From the IMG/VR virus record IMGVR_UViG_3300045988_137393: 64,000 nucleotides of DNA; one strand, 5' to 3'. The stretch comes from a virus. A program made the position numbers and the translations under genes. The first letter of the stretch is position 1; the number at the start of each line of letters is the position of its first letter. Below, piece after piece: positions 1-7,369 of this stretch. The notes under the pieces are model-generated. The model saw only the letters and a list, made by a program, of their open reading frames with translations. It had not been told where the DNA came from and searched no databases.

Positions 1-590
1 TATTGAATACATTGATTAATGGTATCTTTTGACATAGAGAGTTCTTTTGACATAGATTCTATACTTCGCCAAAAAGCTTCTGGTTTAGTTTCAGGGTTAT
101 ACATAGTTTCTTCATTATCTTTATTTTTGGGACGAATGAAAATATACGAATTAATATAAAGAAAAGCCATTAATATATTCTCTTTATTAATACTAGATTC
201 ATTCATCATAATAAAATCAAGCTGAGAAGATGTGATTTTTGAGAACTTATCAACAGCATCAAAATTTTCAGGAATGATCTTAATTTCAATTCCAGTATCA
301 TATCCAAGCGTGTCAAGATCCTGTTGAACTTCAATCATTTTGTTGTTAATCATATATTCCAGTACATCAAGAATTTCTTGAACAGCTTTCGGTCTGCGTT
401 TGTGTGTCTTGTATCCGTAGAAATTTAGAACTTTTCTAAGAGTAATCCAACTATAGTCTTCGTAAGACCTATATTTATCAATAAGGATGTAAGTAATATA
501 GAATTTACGACTAACTCCATATTTAGTTTTAATGTTTCCTTGAATATAGTTATTTGGAAAACGAGTAAAGTATTCTGTTCTCTGTTGCAA
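1..590 (-). CDS. hypothetical HTH-like DNA-binding protein, N-terminal part only (continues past window start)
   Basis: Not in ORF track (no stop in window). Minus frame is open from TTG 590-588, 8 nt after AAGGAGG (complement of 599-605). Translation LQQRTEYFTRFPNNYIQG...SIESMSKELSMSKDTINQCIQ looks protein-like with an HTH-like end. Confidence 0.6.
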   Translation of the reverse strand, partial: MQQRTEYFTRFPNNYIQGNIKTKYGVSRKFYITYILIDKYRSYEDYSWITLRKVLNFYGYKTHKRRPKAVQEILDVLEYMINNKMIEVQQDLDTLGYDTGIEIKIIPENFDAVDKFSKITSSQLDFIMMNESSINKENILMAFLYINSYIFIRPKNKDNEETMYNPETKPEAFWRSIESMSKELSMSKDTINQCIQ

Positions 591-621
591 TAAAAATTCC
601 TCCTTTATAGGTGATATTTAT

Positions 622-641
622 TTATTCTCCATCTGAAATTA
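622..641. repeat. 20-bp direct repeat copy 1 (TTATTCTCCATCTGAAATTA)
   Basis: Perfect 20/20 match to 913-932. Confidence 0.9.
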
Positions 642-904
642 AGTGGAAGAGAACCTTGCGAGCGTTCAGTAAAGTAGGTCTGAACCCCCACCTGTTTGTT
701 TTATTTTTGAAATTGGTAGGGGGTGAAACCCACTTTGCCGAACTGAAAGAAGATATATAACATTATTAATAAGATAGACTATTACGCTTGTATTTCGCTT
801 ACGCTTCATACAAGCTCTTTAATTTTTTGTTTGATTGTTATTGGTTGATTTGGGTACATGGTGTTTTGGATTAATGGTTTCATTTGAGTACATGTGAGAT
901 CTAC

Positions 905-1174
905 CTATAGTGTTATTCTCCATCTGAAATTATAATTCTGTTTCAAATTAACGTACTTCTCTGTGAAGATATTATCTACAAAAAATACTGGTAGCTTATC
1001 ATGATACATTTTATAAATTTCTTCACCTGATAAACTTATCCAAAAATTACTACCTATTTGTCTTTGTTTCTGCAATGTTTCGATTTCTTCCTGATATTTA
1101 CTATTTTTAATTATTCCTCCAATTTTTCCACAGATAGTACAGTAACTGCATAATGATGTATGAATACGTTCTTT
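905..1174 (-). CDS. start-less 89-codon continuation of the 1175-1315 ORF (CxxCxxC motif); same frame, separated only by TAA
   Basis: Own translation: KERIHTSLCSYCTICGKIGG...NFRWRITL*. No ATG/GTG/TTG for the first 33 codons. In frame with the upstream ORF (411 nt = 137 codons in total). Confidence 0.45.
   Translation of the reverse strand, partial: KERIHTSLCSYCTICGKIGGIIKNSKYQEEIETLQKQRQIGSNFWISLSGEEIYKMYHDKLPVFFVDNIFTEKYVNLKQNYNFRWRITL
913..932. repeat. 20-bp direct repeat copy 2 (TTATTCTCCATCTGAAATTA)
   Basis: Perfect 20/20 match to 622-641. On the minus strand it encodes the last codons of the 905-1174 reading frame. Confidence 0.9.
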
Positions 1175-1315
1175 TTATACGTTACTTTTAAAATTCCATT
1201 TATATTGAATCAGACATTCTTCATAATGATGTTTGTGCTTTGATTTGCGGTTGCTCTTTGAGATATTACTTTCTGTTGACTTGAGATATTTTGGTATTTC
1301 GTTTTCATGTATCAT
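1175..1315 (-). CDS. small basic protein (46 aa) ending at an in-frame TAA
   Basis: ATG 1315-1313 lies 7 nt after AAAGGAGG on the minus strand. MIHENEIPKYLKSTESNISKSNRKSKHKHHYEECLIQYKWNFKSNV*. Confidence 0.6.
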   Translation of the reverse strand: MIHENEIPKYLKSTESNISKSNRKSKHKHHYEECLIQYKWNFKSNV

Positions 1316-1365
1316 ATTTAATTCCTCCTTTGATGTATTATTCTCTCTTTGTGAAAATGTGATTA

Positions 1366-1394
1366 TTGCACTATTGTTCTTTTGGTAGTAAAAT
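1366..1394 (+). promoter_or_regulatory. sigma-70-like promoter (TTGCAC-17 nt-TAAAAT)
   Basis: -35 TTGCAC at 1366-1371, 17-nt spacer, -10 TAAAAT at 1389-1394. Sits ~30 nt upstream of the SD of the Big_2 gene. Confidence 0.5.
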
Positions 1395-1426
1395 AAATAT
1401 ATATAATTTTAAAGGAGGAATTGTTT

Positions 1427-2323
1427 ATGAAAAAATTGAAGAGATTAAAGAGGATATTTAGTTTTGTGTTATGCATTGTAATGGTTATTACCGTTATTCA
1501 ATTAGTACCACAAAATGTTTATGCTGCCAATAAAGTTAAATTGAACTATACAAAGCTTACTTTGTATGTTGGCGAAGTAAAGAATTTGAAAATACATGAA
1601 GGAAAAACGGAAATATATTCTGCTAGATGGTCTTCTTCTAATAAAAATGTTGTGAAAGTTACTAATTATGGACATATAGAAGCATTAAAACATGGTTCTG
1701 TTAAAATAATCGCCAAATATAATAATAAAAATTATGTTTGTAAGGTTACTGTCAAGGATGCTTTAAAAGATCATGTAAGTTATGAGTTGATTGATATTCC
1801 TGAAAATGCATATTCGGGACAGTATAATAAAATGATTAAAATTGTAAACAATAATGATGTTACTGTTAATGTTAATATTTCTATTAAACAATACGATAAG
1901 GATGGATTTTATATTAGACAAAACACAAATGATTATATAGTAAATAAAAATACTTATATTATTGCATTAATGGAATATAATAATGGACGTGTAATAGATT
2001 TTAATAATCCAATACAATATGACGAACAGTTAAAGATATCTTTGAGAAGTGTAAATAGGGCAAATTCTATTGATATAAAATATAATATTTCTGATCAATA
2101 TATTGATAATGGTTGGATATATAGAGATATTGTTTTTACTTCACCTATTACTAAATCTGCAAAATATTCTGCGTTATGTTATAATAGTAGTGGAGAATTA
2201 ACGAGAATAGTTACCGATTATGTTTATGTTCCTGCTAATGAAAAAGTAAAAAAGAAAGATGGATATAATTTGAATTTTAAAGATAAATATGATATTCAAA
2301 AAATAAATATATATTTTTATTGA
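1427..2323 (+). CDS. secreted or membrane-anchored protein with bacterial Ig-like (Big_2) domain (298 aa)
   Basis: ATG 7 nt after AAAGGAGG. N-terminal signal/TM IFSFVLCIVMVITVIQLVPQNVYA. The segment KVKLNYTKLTLYVGEVKNLKI..WSSSNKNVVKVTNYGHIEALKHGSVKIIA matches the Big_2 pattern. Confidence 0.75.
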   Translation: MKKLKRLKRIFSFVLCIVMVITVIQLVPQNVYAANKVKLNYTKLTLYVGEVKNLKIHEGKTEIYSARWSSSNKNVVKVTNYGHIEALKHGSVKIIAKYNNKNYVCKVTVKDALKDHVSYELIDIPENAYSGQYNKMIKIVNNNDVTVNVNISIKQYDKDGFYIRQNTNDYIVNKNTYIIALMEYNNGRVIDFNNPIQYDEQLKISLRSVNRANSIDIKYNISDQYIDNGWIYRDIVFTSPITKSAKYSALCYNSSGELTRIVTDYVYVPANEKVKKKDGYNLNFKDKYDIQKINIYFY

Positions 2324-2340
2324 TCAAGTATTTGTTTATT

Positions 2341-2370
2341 GGACTATGGCTTTGGCTGTAGTCCTTTTTT
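2341..2370 (+). terminator. intrinsic terminator
   Basis: GGACTA..TAGTCC hairpin (2341-2364) followed by TTTTTT. Confidence 0.7.
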
Positions 2371-2429
2371 ATTGCTGTTTTATATATAGATATCTCTATT
2401 TAAAAGGTGATTTGTGATATGGTTTTAAT

Positions 2430-2760
2430 ATACCCCCCCTATAGGTTGAGATTCTTGAGTGTGGCTTTTGATGGAAAAATCGTTATCGGTGAAAACGCTT
2501 ATATATAAGGAAGAAAATAGGATTGTTGGTGTGATTTTTGGTAAGATAGAAGTTTGAAATTTAGGGGTTGAAGTGAGTGAAATGGTTGAAAAATAATGGT
2601 TTTGACGATATGGGGTACGATAAGTGGTTTGAGATGGTAAAATTGGGATTTTGCTTGATTTTGTTGGAAATTTTGATGATTGGGGAAGGATGGATTTTTG
2701 AGTTGGTGTATGGAATAACCAGCTATAGGGTTTACTGCATTTCCAGTCCATCTAATTAGT
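2430..2760. repeat. GT-rich degenerate iteron-like tract (GGTT(T)GA / GATTTTTG units)
   Basis: Repeated GGTTGAG, GGTTGAAG, GGTTGAAAA, GGTTTTGAC, GGTTTGAG, GATTTTTGG, GATTTTTGAG. The only ORFs here are low-complexity ones. Confidence 0.35.
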
Positions 2761-2780
2761 TTTAACTACCCCGGCTAGGC

Positions 2781-2820
2781 AAAAACAATGGATAATAGAT
2801 ATATATTATACATTGTTTTT
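2781..2820. repeat. 10-bp inverted repeat AAAAACAATG / CATTGTTTTT
   Basis: Arms at 2781-2790 and 2811-2820, with a 20-nt AT-rich loop. Confidence 0.7.
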
Positions 2821-3129
2821 CTGATCCGATTTTCACAACAAATAGTATTAAAAACTATGTGTAGTAGTAGTTATTGGTTCTATGACATATAGTTTAATAT
2901 TGTTATAATCCAATATAATCTTAATATCGTTTCCATTCACCACTTTTATATCAAAATCAATAATTTTTAGGTTCACATTCTCCACTTTATACCATAAAAC
3001 CTGTCTAAAAATGGGACAGTCCACCACCACACAAAACCAACCTATAATTCTATTGTTAAAATTTCACAATAACACACACCATAACCACACTAAAACTACA
3101 CATATTTCACAAAACTATAAAATCTTATG

Positions 3130-3800
3130 AAAAAGACTTGAATATCTCACAAAAAAGGACTATTATACAGTTGTCCGAAGGGATAGGACATAAAACAAGT
3201 CCCATTGTTAGCACATCTGTAAAGAGGACACCGAACCTCACTTGACATCATTAGTTAAGATAGAACCTATCCAAGAATGATGTAAAACCTCACGGCTACT
3301 TGTACAGCCATTCCAAAGCGGATTAAAAAAGCTATCATATATAGCAACGTACAGGGCACTTGATAGCAGTTATTAAGAGGTTGAATTGATACCTTAATGA
3401 AACAATTCAGTAAAGCCACACTATAGCAGGCACGTGAATAGTAGGAACGATAGAAACCTCATTAGTAGTCAAGTGGCTACTAATTACCATTCCGGCGATG
3501 TGTAACCGGCAAGACAGCAACTCATAAACGTATTAAATAATCTTTACAAGTGTATCACTTGTTTTGTGGTAAAAACATTAAATTACATAACAGGTTTATT
3601 ATACCACATTCAAAGAGGTTGTTTCAACCTAACAAGATTAAATAGTACAATACCGCTTTATATGTCAAGCGTTAAAAGTATGGCAATATGACATAAGTAT
3701 AGCAGGGTACGCAAGCTATACAGTGTAATTGTAAATTATTACAATAAGCACATTCCGCACATTACAATAATAAGCCACCAAGTAAACATGAAAAATGTTG
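3130..3800 (+). ncRNA. candidate large structured ncRNA (ROOL/GOLLD-like context); boundaries and strand uncertain
   Basis: ~0.7 kb without an ORF in a near gap-free genome. At least 8 stems of 6-8 bp: 3245-52/3276-83, 3461-68/3477-84, 3546-52/3556-62, 3616-21/3625-30, 3661-67/3689-95, 3697-3703/3715-21. Lies directly upstream of a tRNA-like element. Confidence 0.35.
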
Positions 3801-3808
3801 AATTATCC

Positions 3809-3896
3809 AGTCGCATTGAGCAGGCTCAGTCTACGCTTTTTTAAGCGGTTGTGAATTAAGCACATTTGAGAAGTGGTTCGATTCCACTTGCGACTT
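3809..3896 (+). ncRNA. tRNA-like element with perfect acceptor stem and T-arm but non-canonical core
   Basis: AGTCGCA/TGCGACT acceptor stem (7/7). T-arm AGTGG-TTCGATT-CCACT. The interior holds three hairpins: TGAG-cagg-CTCA, CGCTT-tttt-AAGCG and TGTG-AATTAAG-CACA. No standard anticodon arm and no CCA. Confidence 0.45.
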
Positions 3897-3950
3897 TACC
3901 AAAAAAATAATTATATTGCACTCATGCGTTAAATGAGAGAAGGAGACATT

Positions 3951-4748
3951 ATGTTAAAATCTGAAAAATTCTACTCAAAAACTAATTCTTTAAAGGACAC
4001 AACTTTCGACTTTGCAGGACACGTTAGAACTTTAGTTCGTAACACTGAATTATCACGGATGCAGGATAAAAAATCATTCAAGGATGGTAAAAAAGCATTA
4101 GAGGATGCACACGCTGATATTGACGTTATGACTTGTGACGCTAGTATTATCAATCAGACTTTAGGTAACGATGCAGGTCAATTCATCAAAGACCGTGAAG
4201 AGATTATTGCTTTAAAAGATGAAATTGCTACACTTTTACCGATTGACAACGTGACCGCACTTTGTCCAACTGACCGTGTACATATTACTTTGATGGCTCA
4301 TGCTATCTATAAAAATGTACAGCTGGATGCTGATATTTTCGACACTGAAAAAGGCGGTGTTGATATTTCTAAGGCAGTACAGGTTTACTATAACAAAGGT
4401 TCTATGAAAGACTTAAAAGATGCTTTACGTTCTGTATTTAATAAATTAATCGGTTCTGAAGGTGATCACTTCTACGGCATTAAAATAAAAAAGTCCGATT
4501 TTACAGATAAGGATCTGCGTAACTTCCTTGCAACTTTTGGCGGTTCTGCCAAACGTGAACAATCTAAGTCTAAGAAGGATGGAGTAGAAATTGTAAAATT
4601 TTCCGACTTTAACTATACAGACAAGTCAGGCAATAAAAAAGTACAGATTGCAGCTTTTACAACTCTTTGTGCAGTTGTTCTTGATAATGCGTCAAAACAT
4701 GAGGTTATTAAGCCGGAAACTACAGAAGAGAAAACCGAAACAAAATAG
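3951..4748 (+). CDS. hypothetical protein (265 aa) bracketed by tRNA-like elements
   Basis: ATG 5 nt after AGGAGA (3941-3946). The ORF-track start 3933 lies inside or before the SD. Confidence 0.75.
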   Translation: MLKSEKFYSKTNSLKDTTFDFAGHVRTLVRNTELSRMQDKKSFKDGKKALEDAHADIDVMTCDASIINQTLGNDAGQFIKDREEIIALKDEIATLLPIDNVTALCPTDRVHITLMAHAIYKNVQLDADIFDTEKGGVDISKAVQVYYNKGSMKDLKDALRSVFNKLIGSEGDHFYGIKIKKSDFTDKDLRNFLATFGGSAKREQSKSKKDGVEIVKFSDFNYTDKSGNKKVQIAAFTTLCAVVLDNASKHEVIKPETTEEKTETK

Positions 4749-4800
4749 GATGATACTGCATAAGTAGTAGGTGTGCAGGGTTCGACTCCCTGCTCATCCT
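4747..4800 (+). ncRNA. truncated tRNA-like element (acceptor + T-arm, 54 nt) / possible terminator
   Basis: AGGATGA/TCATCCT acceptor stem (7/7). GCAGGG-TTCGACT-CCCTGC T-arm. Only one short internal hairpin (TACTG-cataag-TAGTA). Overlaps the stop codon of the upstream CDS. Confidence 0.4.
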
Positions 4801-4859
4801 TTAACTTTTAAAGTGAAAAATTCAGGCTATAAGTATGCCCATTTTTAAGGAGGTTAATC

Positions 4860-5087
4860 ATGTTAAAGTTTAAAAAATCAGAAATTCATAAACTTGCAAA
4901 TCAGCTCACTTGTAACTCTGAACTTTTCGGGGATGAGGTTGCGTCTGTTATTGCACAACTTACATCACTGTCAAACTCTGCAAATGAGTTTGGTTGTACA
5001 ATGGAAGGTAAAATCTTTGATTGTTGGGGTTCTTCCGTTTCGGTAATTGCTTTACCTGATAAGGCAAAACATAGTTGGGAATTTTAG
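4860..5087 (+). CDS. hypothetical protein (75 aa)
   Basis: ATG 7 nt after AAGGAGG. Confidence 0.7.
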   Translation: MLKFKKSEIHKLANQLTCNSELFGDEVASVIAQLTSLSNSANEFGCTMEGKIFDCWGSSVSVIALPDKAKHSWEF

Positions 5088-5097
5088 GAGGTGTACT

Positions 5098-5577
5098 ATG
5101 CCAAAAATCAAACACGAACCAAAATTTTACATTCGACTTTGTAAGGGAACTATCATGCAATTTCCAGATAATTTCACAATCTATCCAGGCTCAATCTATG
5201 GACGTTTTACGGATAAGCAAGGTAAACGTATATTTTGGGTATGCAATGACTACAGGCTCACAAATGGCAAACTACCTGTAAATATTTTCAATGGAACACG
5301 TTGGACTTTGTGGCTAGTAAATGCAGATCATCCATGCTATAAGTGGGTAAAATCTGTCTGCGAAAAGTTGGGTTATATTCCTAAAATCCAAAGGGAAAAT
5401 TTATCCTTTGACGATTGCCAAAGTATGATGAAAAGCTATGCTTTACATAAAAAAGGAACAGGTTCACGGATCAACACGTATCAGATCAATAATCCTTTGC
5501 GTTGGAATGAAGTAACAGAAACTGCACACTGGTATGGTCACGGAAACGCAAGTGTTGTTGCATCAAATATTAGATAA
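5098..5577 (+). CDS. hypothetical protein (159 aa)
   Basis: ATG 7 nt after AGGAGGTG. The ORF-track start 5047 overlaps the upstream gene. Confidence 0.7.
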   Translation: MPKIKHEPKFYIRLCKGTIMQFPDNFTIYPGSIYGRFTDKQGKRIFWVCNDYRLTNGKLPVNIFNGTRWTLWLVNADHPCYKWVKSVCEKLGYIPKIQRENLSFDDCQSMMKSYALHKKGTGSRINTYQINNPLRWNEVTETAHWYGHGNASVVASNIR

Positions 5578-5593
5578 TAGTATGCAGTACCGA

Positions 5594-5623
5594 AAGGCAG
5601 AACGCACTAAAAGTCTGCCTTTT
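5594..5623 (+). terminator. intrinsic terminator
   Basis: AAGGCAGA..TCTGCCTT stem followed by TTT. Confidence 0.7.
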
Positions 5624-5697
5624 CATAGTGCATATTAGCACTAGAATGGAGGTTCGATAGTATGGTAAAATTATAAAGGCAAAATAGGAGGATTGCC

Positions 5698-5961
5698 ATG
5701 CTAAAAATTAATGAATGGTCTGTAAACCGTAGAATAGAGTCTTTGCGTCAGATGGATAAAATGCTGTCCGAAATGAACGTAGGCTCACGCTATACTATAT
5801 GGCAGGAATATGGCGGAGGACTAAAGGCAAACGCAGATGATACTCATGCAAATTGGAAACGTATTGCAGAAGATGACGAACTGTACCAAAATGCTATTTT
5901 CTGTTATATGTGTTGCACGTTGGAAAAGTATACTTTACAAAATTTCAATGTAAGGGAGTAG
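5698..5961 (+). CDS. hypothetical protein (87 aa)
   Basis: ATG 6 nt after AGGAGG. Confidence 0.7.
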   Translation: MLKINEWSVNRRIESLRQMDKMLSEMNVGSRYTIWQEYGGGLKANADDTHANWKRIAEDDELYQNAIFCYMCCTLEKYTLQNFNVRE

Positions 5962-5967
5962 TCTGCC

Positions 5968-5994
5968 AAGGGCAAGGGGTAACTTTGCCCTTTT
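5968..5994 (+). terminator. intrinsic terminator
   Basis: AAGGGCAA..TTGCCCTT stem followed by a T-run. Confidence 0.7.
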
Positions 5995-6032
5995 ACAAAA
6001 GCAAAATTATATGCTAAAATGAAAGGAGATGA

Positions 6033-6293
6033 ATGACATTGGAGGCATATAAGAAAATGAGAATAGAATACAACAGGCTTTTCGATAAGCTGAAGGAAAA
6101 TAAAATTACGCAAAAAGATTTTAGGGATAATGCTGGAATTAGTGGAGCAACTATGCAAAAACTACTTCATAACGGAAATATAACAACGGAAATTATTTGC
6201 CGCATCTGCGATTATTTTCAATGTATGCCTGATGAAATAATGGAATTTATCCCTGATAATGACTATATAGAATGCAAACAGTCAATGCCTTAA
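6033..6293 (+). CDS. XRE-family HTH transcriptional regulator (86 aa)
   Basis: ITQKDFRDNAGISGATMQKLLHNGNITTEIICRICDYFQCMPDEIMEFIP is a typical XRE/YozG-like HTH. Confidence 0.75.
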   Translation: MTLEAYKKMRIEYNRLFDKLKENKITQKDFRDNAGISGATMQKLLHNGNITTEIICRICDYFQCMPDEIMEFIPDNDYIECKQSMP

Positions 6294-6691
6294 CTCCAAA
6301 GCAGATCAGTATCACAAATGCAATTCCAATCTGTGACATTGCTGGTTATTTCTATGACAAATATGGATATCTCTGCTTTGAGCTTGGCGATACAACAAAG
6401 CAGTTCAATAAGGCAGATGGATATTCGTATTCAAAAATCTGTGAGAAACTTCCGCATCTTAAAGATTTAGATGAAAACAAAACATATCCTTTGACAGCGA
6501 AAGTAACAAAGGTAAACAAAAAGAAAAACTTTGTCACTGTACAGGATTATAGCGGAAACAAATGGAAATTTCGTGGCTGTGAAGACTATAAAGATGGAGA
6601 TGTAGTATCTATACTCATGGATAGTAATGGAACAGAAAAGGTAACTGATGATATTATCTTACAGGTCAGATACAGCGGTGCAGAGTGGTAA
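6272..6691 (+). CDS. hypothetical protein (139 aa)
   Basis: ORF-track ORF overlapping the upstream stop by 22 nt. No clear SD, so the start is uncertain. Confidence 0.55.
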   Translation: MQTVNALTPKQISITNAIPICDIAGYFYDKYGYLCFELGDTTKQFNKADGYSYSKICEKLPHLKDLDENKTYPLTAKVTKVNKKKNFVTVQDYSGNKWKFRGCEDYKDGDVVSILMDSNGTEKVTDDIILQVRYSGAEW

Positions 6692-6715
6692 ATAATAAGA
6701 AAGGAAGTAAAAACA

Positions 6716-6889
6716 ATGTCAGAGAAAGCAAAACAAATTCACGCAACCTATTGTGATTATGAAGTAGCAAAAGCAAGCAAACCATCACGGATTTACAGTG
6801 TCCGGACAGAAGTAAAACGAAACCATGGAATCAAAACCCATAATATGAGCAAAGCGATGTTAGCACAGACGTTAGCATCGCTTTTTTAG
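6716..6889 (+). CDS. hypothetical protein (57 aa)
   Basis: Below the ORF-track cutoff. ATG after AAGGAAG. MSEKAKQIHATYCDYEVAKASKPSRIYSV... A terminator overlaps its 3' end. Confidence 0.55.
   Translation: MSEKAKQIHATYCDYEVAKASKPSRIYSVRTEVKRNHGIKTHNMSKAMLAQTLASLF
6853..6887 (+). terminator. intrinsic terminator
   Basis: AGCGATG..CATCGCT stem followed by TTTTTT. Confidence 0.65.
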
Positions 6890-6913
6890 TACAGATACAA
6901 GGAGGAAATGCAA

Positions 6914-7090
6914 ATGATAATTATCATTAAGGATGGTTATGATGTTATTGATAATCGTCCAGAAGCAGAAATCGCACAGGCAGAACGTGATTATTACGAA
7001 GATCGATATAACCGTGATTTAAAACGCAAACTCGAAGCAAATAAACATCCATTTGCAAAGAAGTTATTATCTGCATGTGGATTACTTTAA
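6914..7090 (+). CDS. hypothetical protein (58 aa)
   Basis: Second ATG, 8 nt after AAGGAGG. The track start 6908 is too close to the SD. Confidence 0.65.
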   Translation: MIIIIKDGYDVIDNRPEAEIAQAERDYYEDRYNRDLKRKLEANKHPFAKKLLSACGLL

Positions 7091-7106
7091 AAAGGAGAAT
7101 AATACT

Positions 7107-7223
7107 ATGAACGAAACATTGAAAAATAACTACTATGCCTTATTAATAGCAATTACAAAAGGCAAAACAGCAAAAGAATCACTTTTAGCTATGGGAATTT
7201 GCCAGATAGCGAAAATAATTTAG
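7107..7223 (+). CDS. hypothetical small protein (38 aa)
   Basis: ATG 4 nt after the GGAGAATAA junction motif (7094-7102). Confidence 0.5.
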   Translation: MNETLKNNYYALLIAITKGKTAKESLLAMGICQIAKII

Positions 7224-7255
7224 CAAGAAGAGCAGAAAGAGAGGCGAAAAAATAG

Positions 7256-7369
7256 ATGAAAGGATATGAAGTACCGGATGGTTATATGGGTTGGATCAAT
7301 GGAAAATACCAGCTTTTTGAAAGCGAAAACGAATATTACGAAACACTTTTAGAAAGGGAAGAGATCTAA
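7256..7369 (+). CDS. hypothetical small protein (37 aa)
   Basis: Own translation MKGYEVPDGYMGWINGKYQLFESENEYYETLLEREEI*. Abuts the next ORF (TAAATG). Confidence 0.5.
   Translation: MKGYEVPDGYMGWINGKYQLFESENEYYETLLEREEI

Noticed and set aside
642-912. Group I intron interpretation of the 271-bp insert, and of the 44690-44956 gap before the Dcm-like gene
   Set aside because: I recognised no P1-P9-type core or conserved P7/P3 pairing. Flanking direct repeats are not an intron feature, and exon 1 of the methyltransferase would be implausibly tiny.
2425-2759. ORFs 2425-2751 (-) and 2577-2759 (+) in the GT-rich tract, and 2848-3030 (-)
   Set aside because: The translations are low-complexity (PTQKS.. 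/ GW-rich), there is no SD, and the region looks like repeat or structured DNA. The 2848-3030 ORF is somewhat protein-like but has no ribosome-binding site, so I did not call it.
5075-5281. Alternative-frame plus-strand ORFs nested in larger genes (5075-5281, 11433-11645, 14138-14338, 15070-15330, 16216-16410, 20576-20809, 28627-28821, 39060-39284, 41789-42097, 45054-45269, 52492-52680, 61173-61385, 62402-62593)
   Set aside because: They are fully contained in longer ORFs that have motifs or SDs, and nothing independent supports them.
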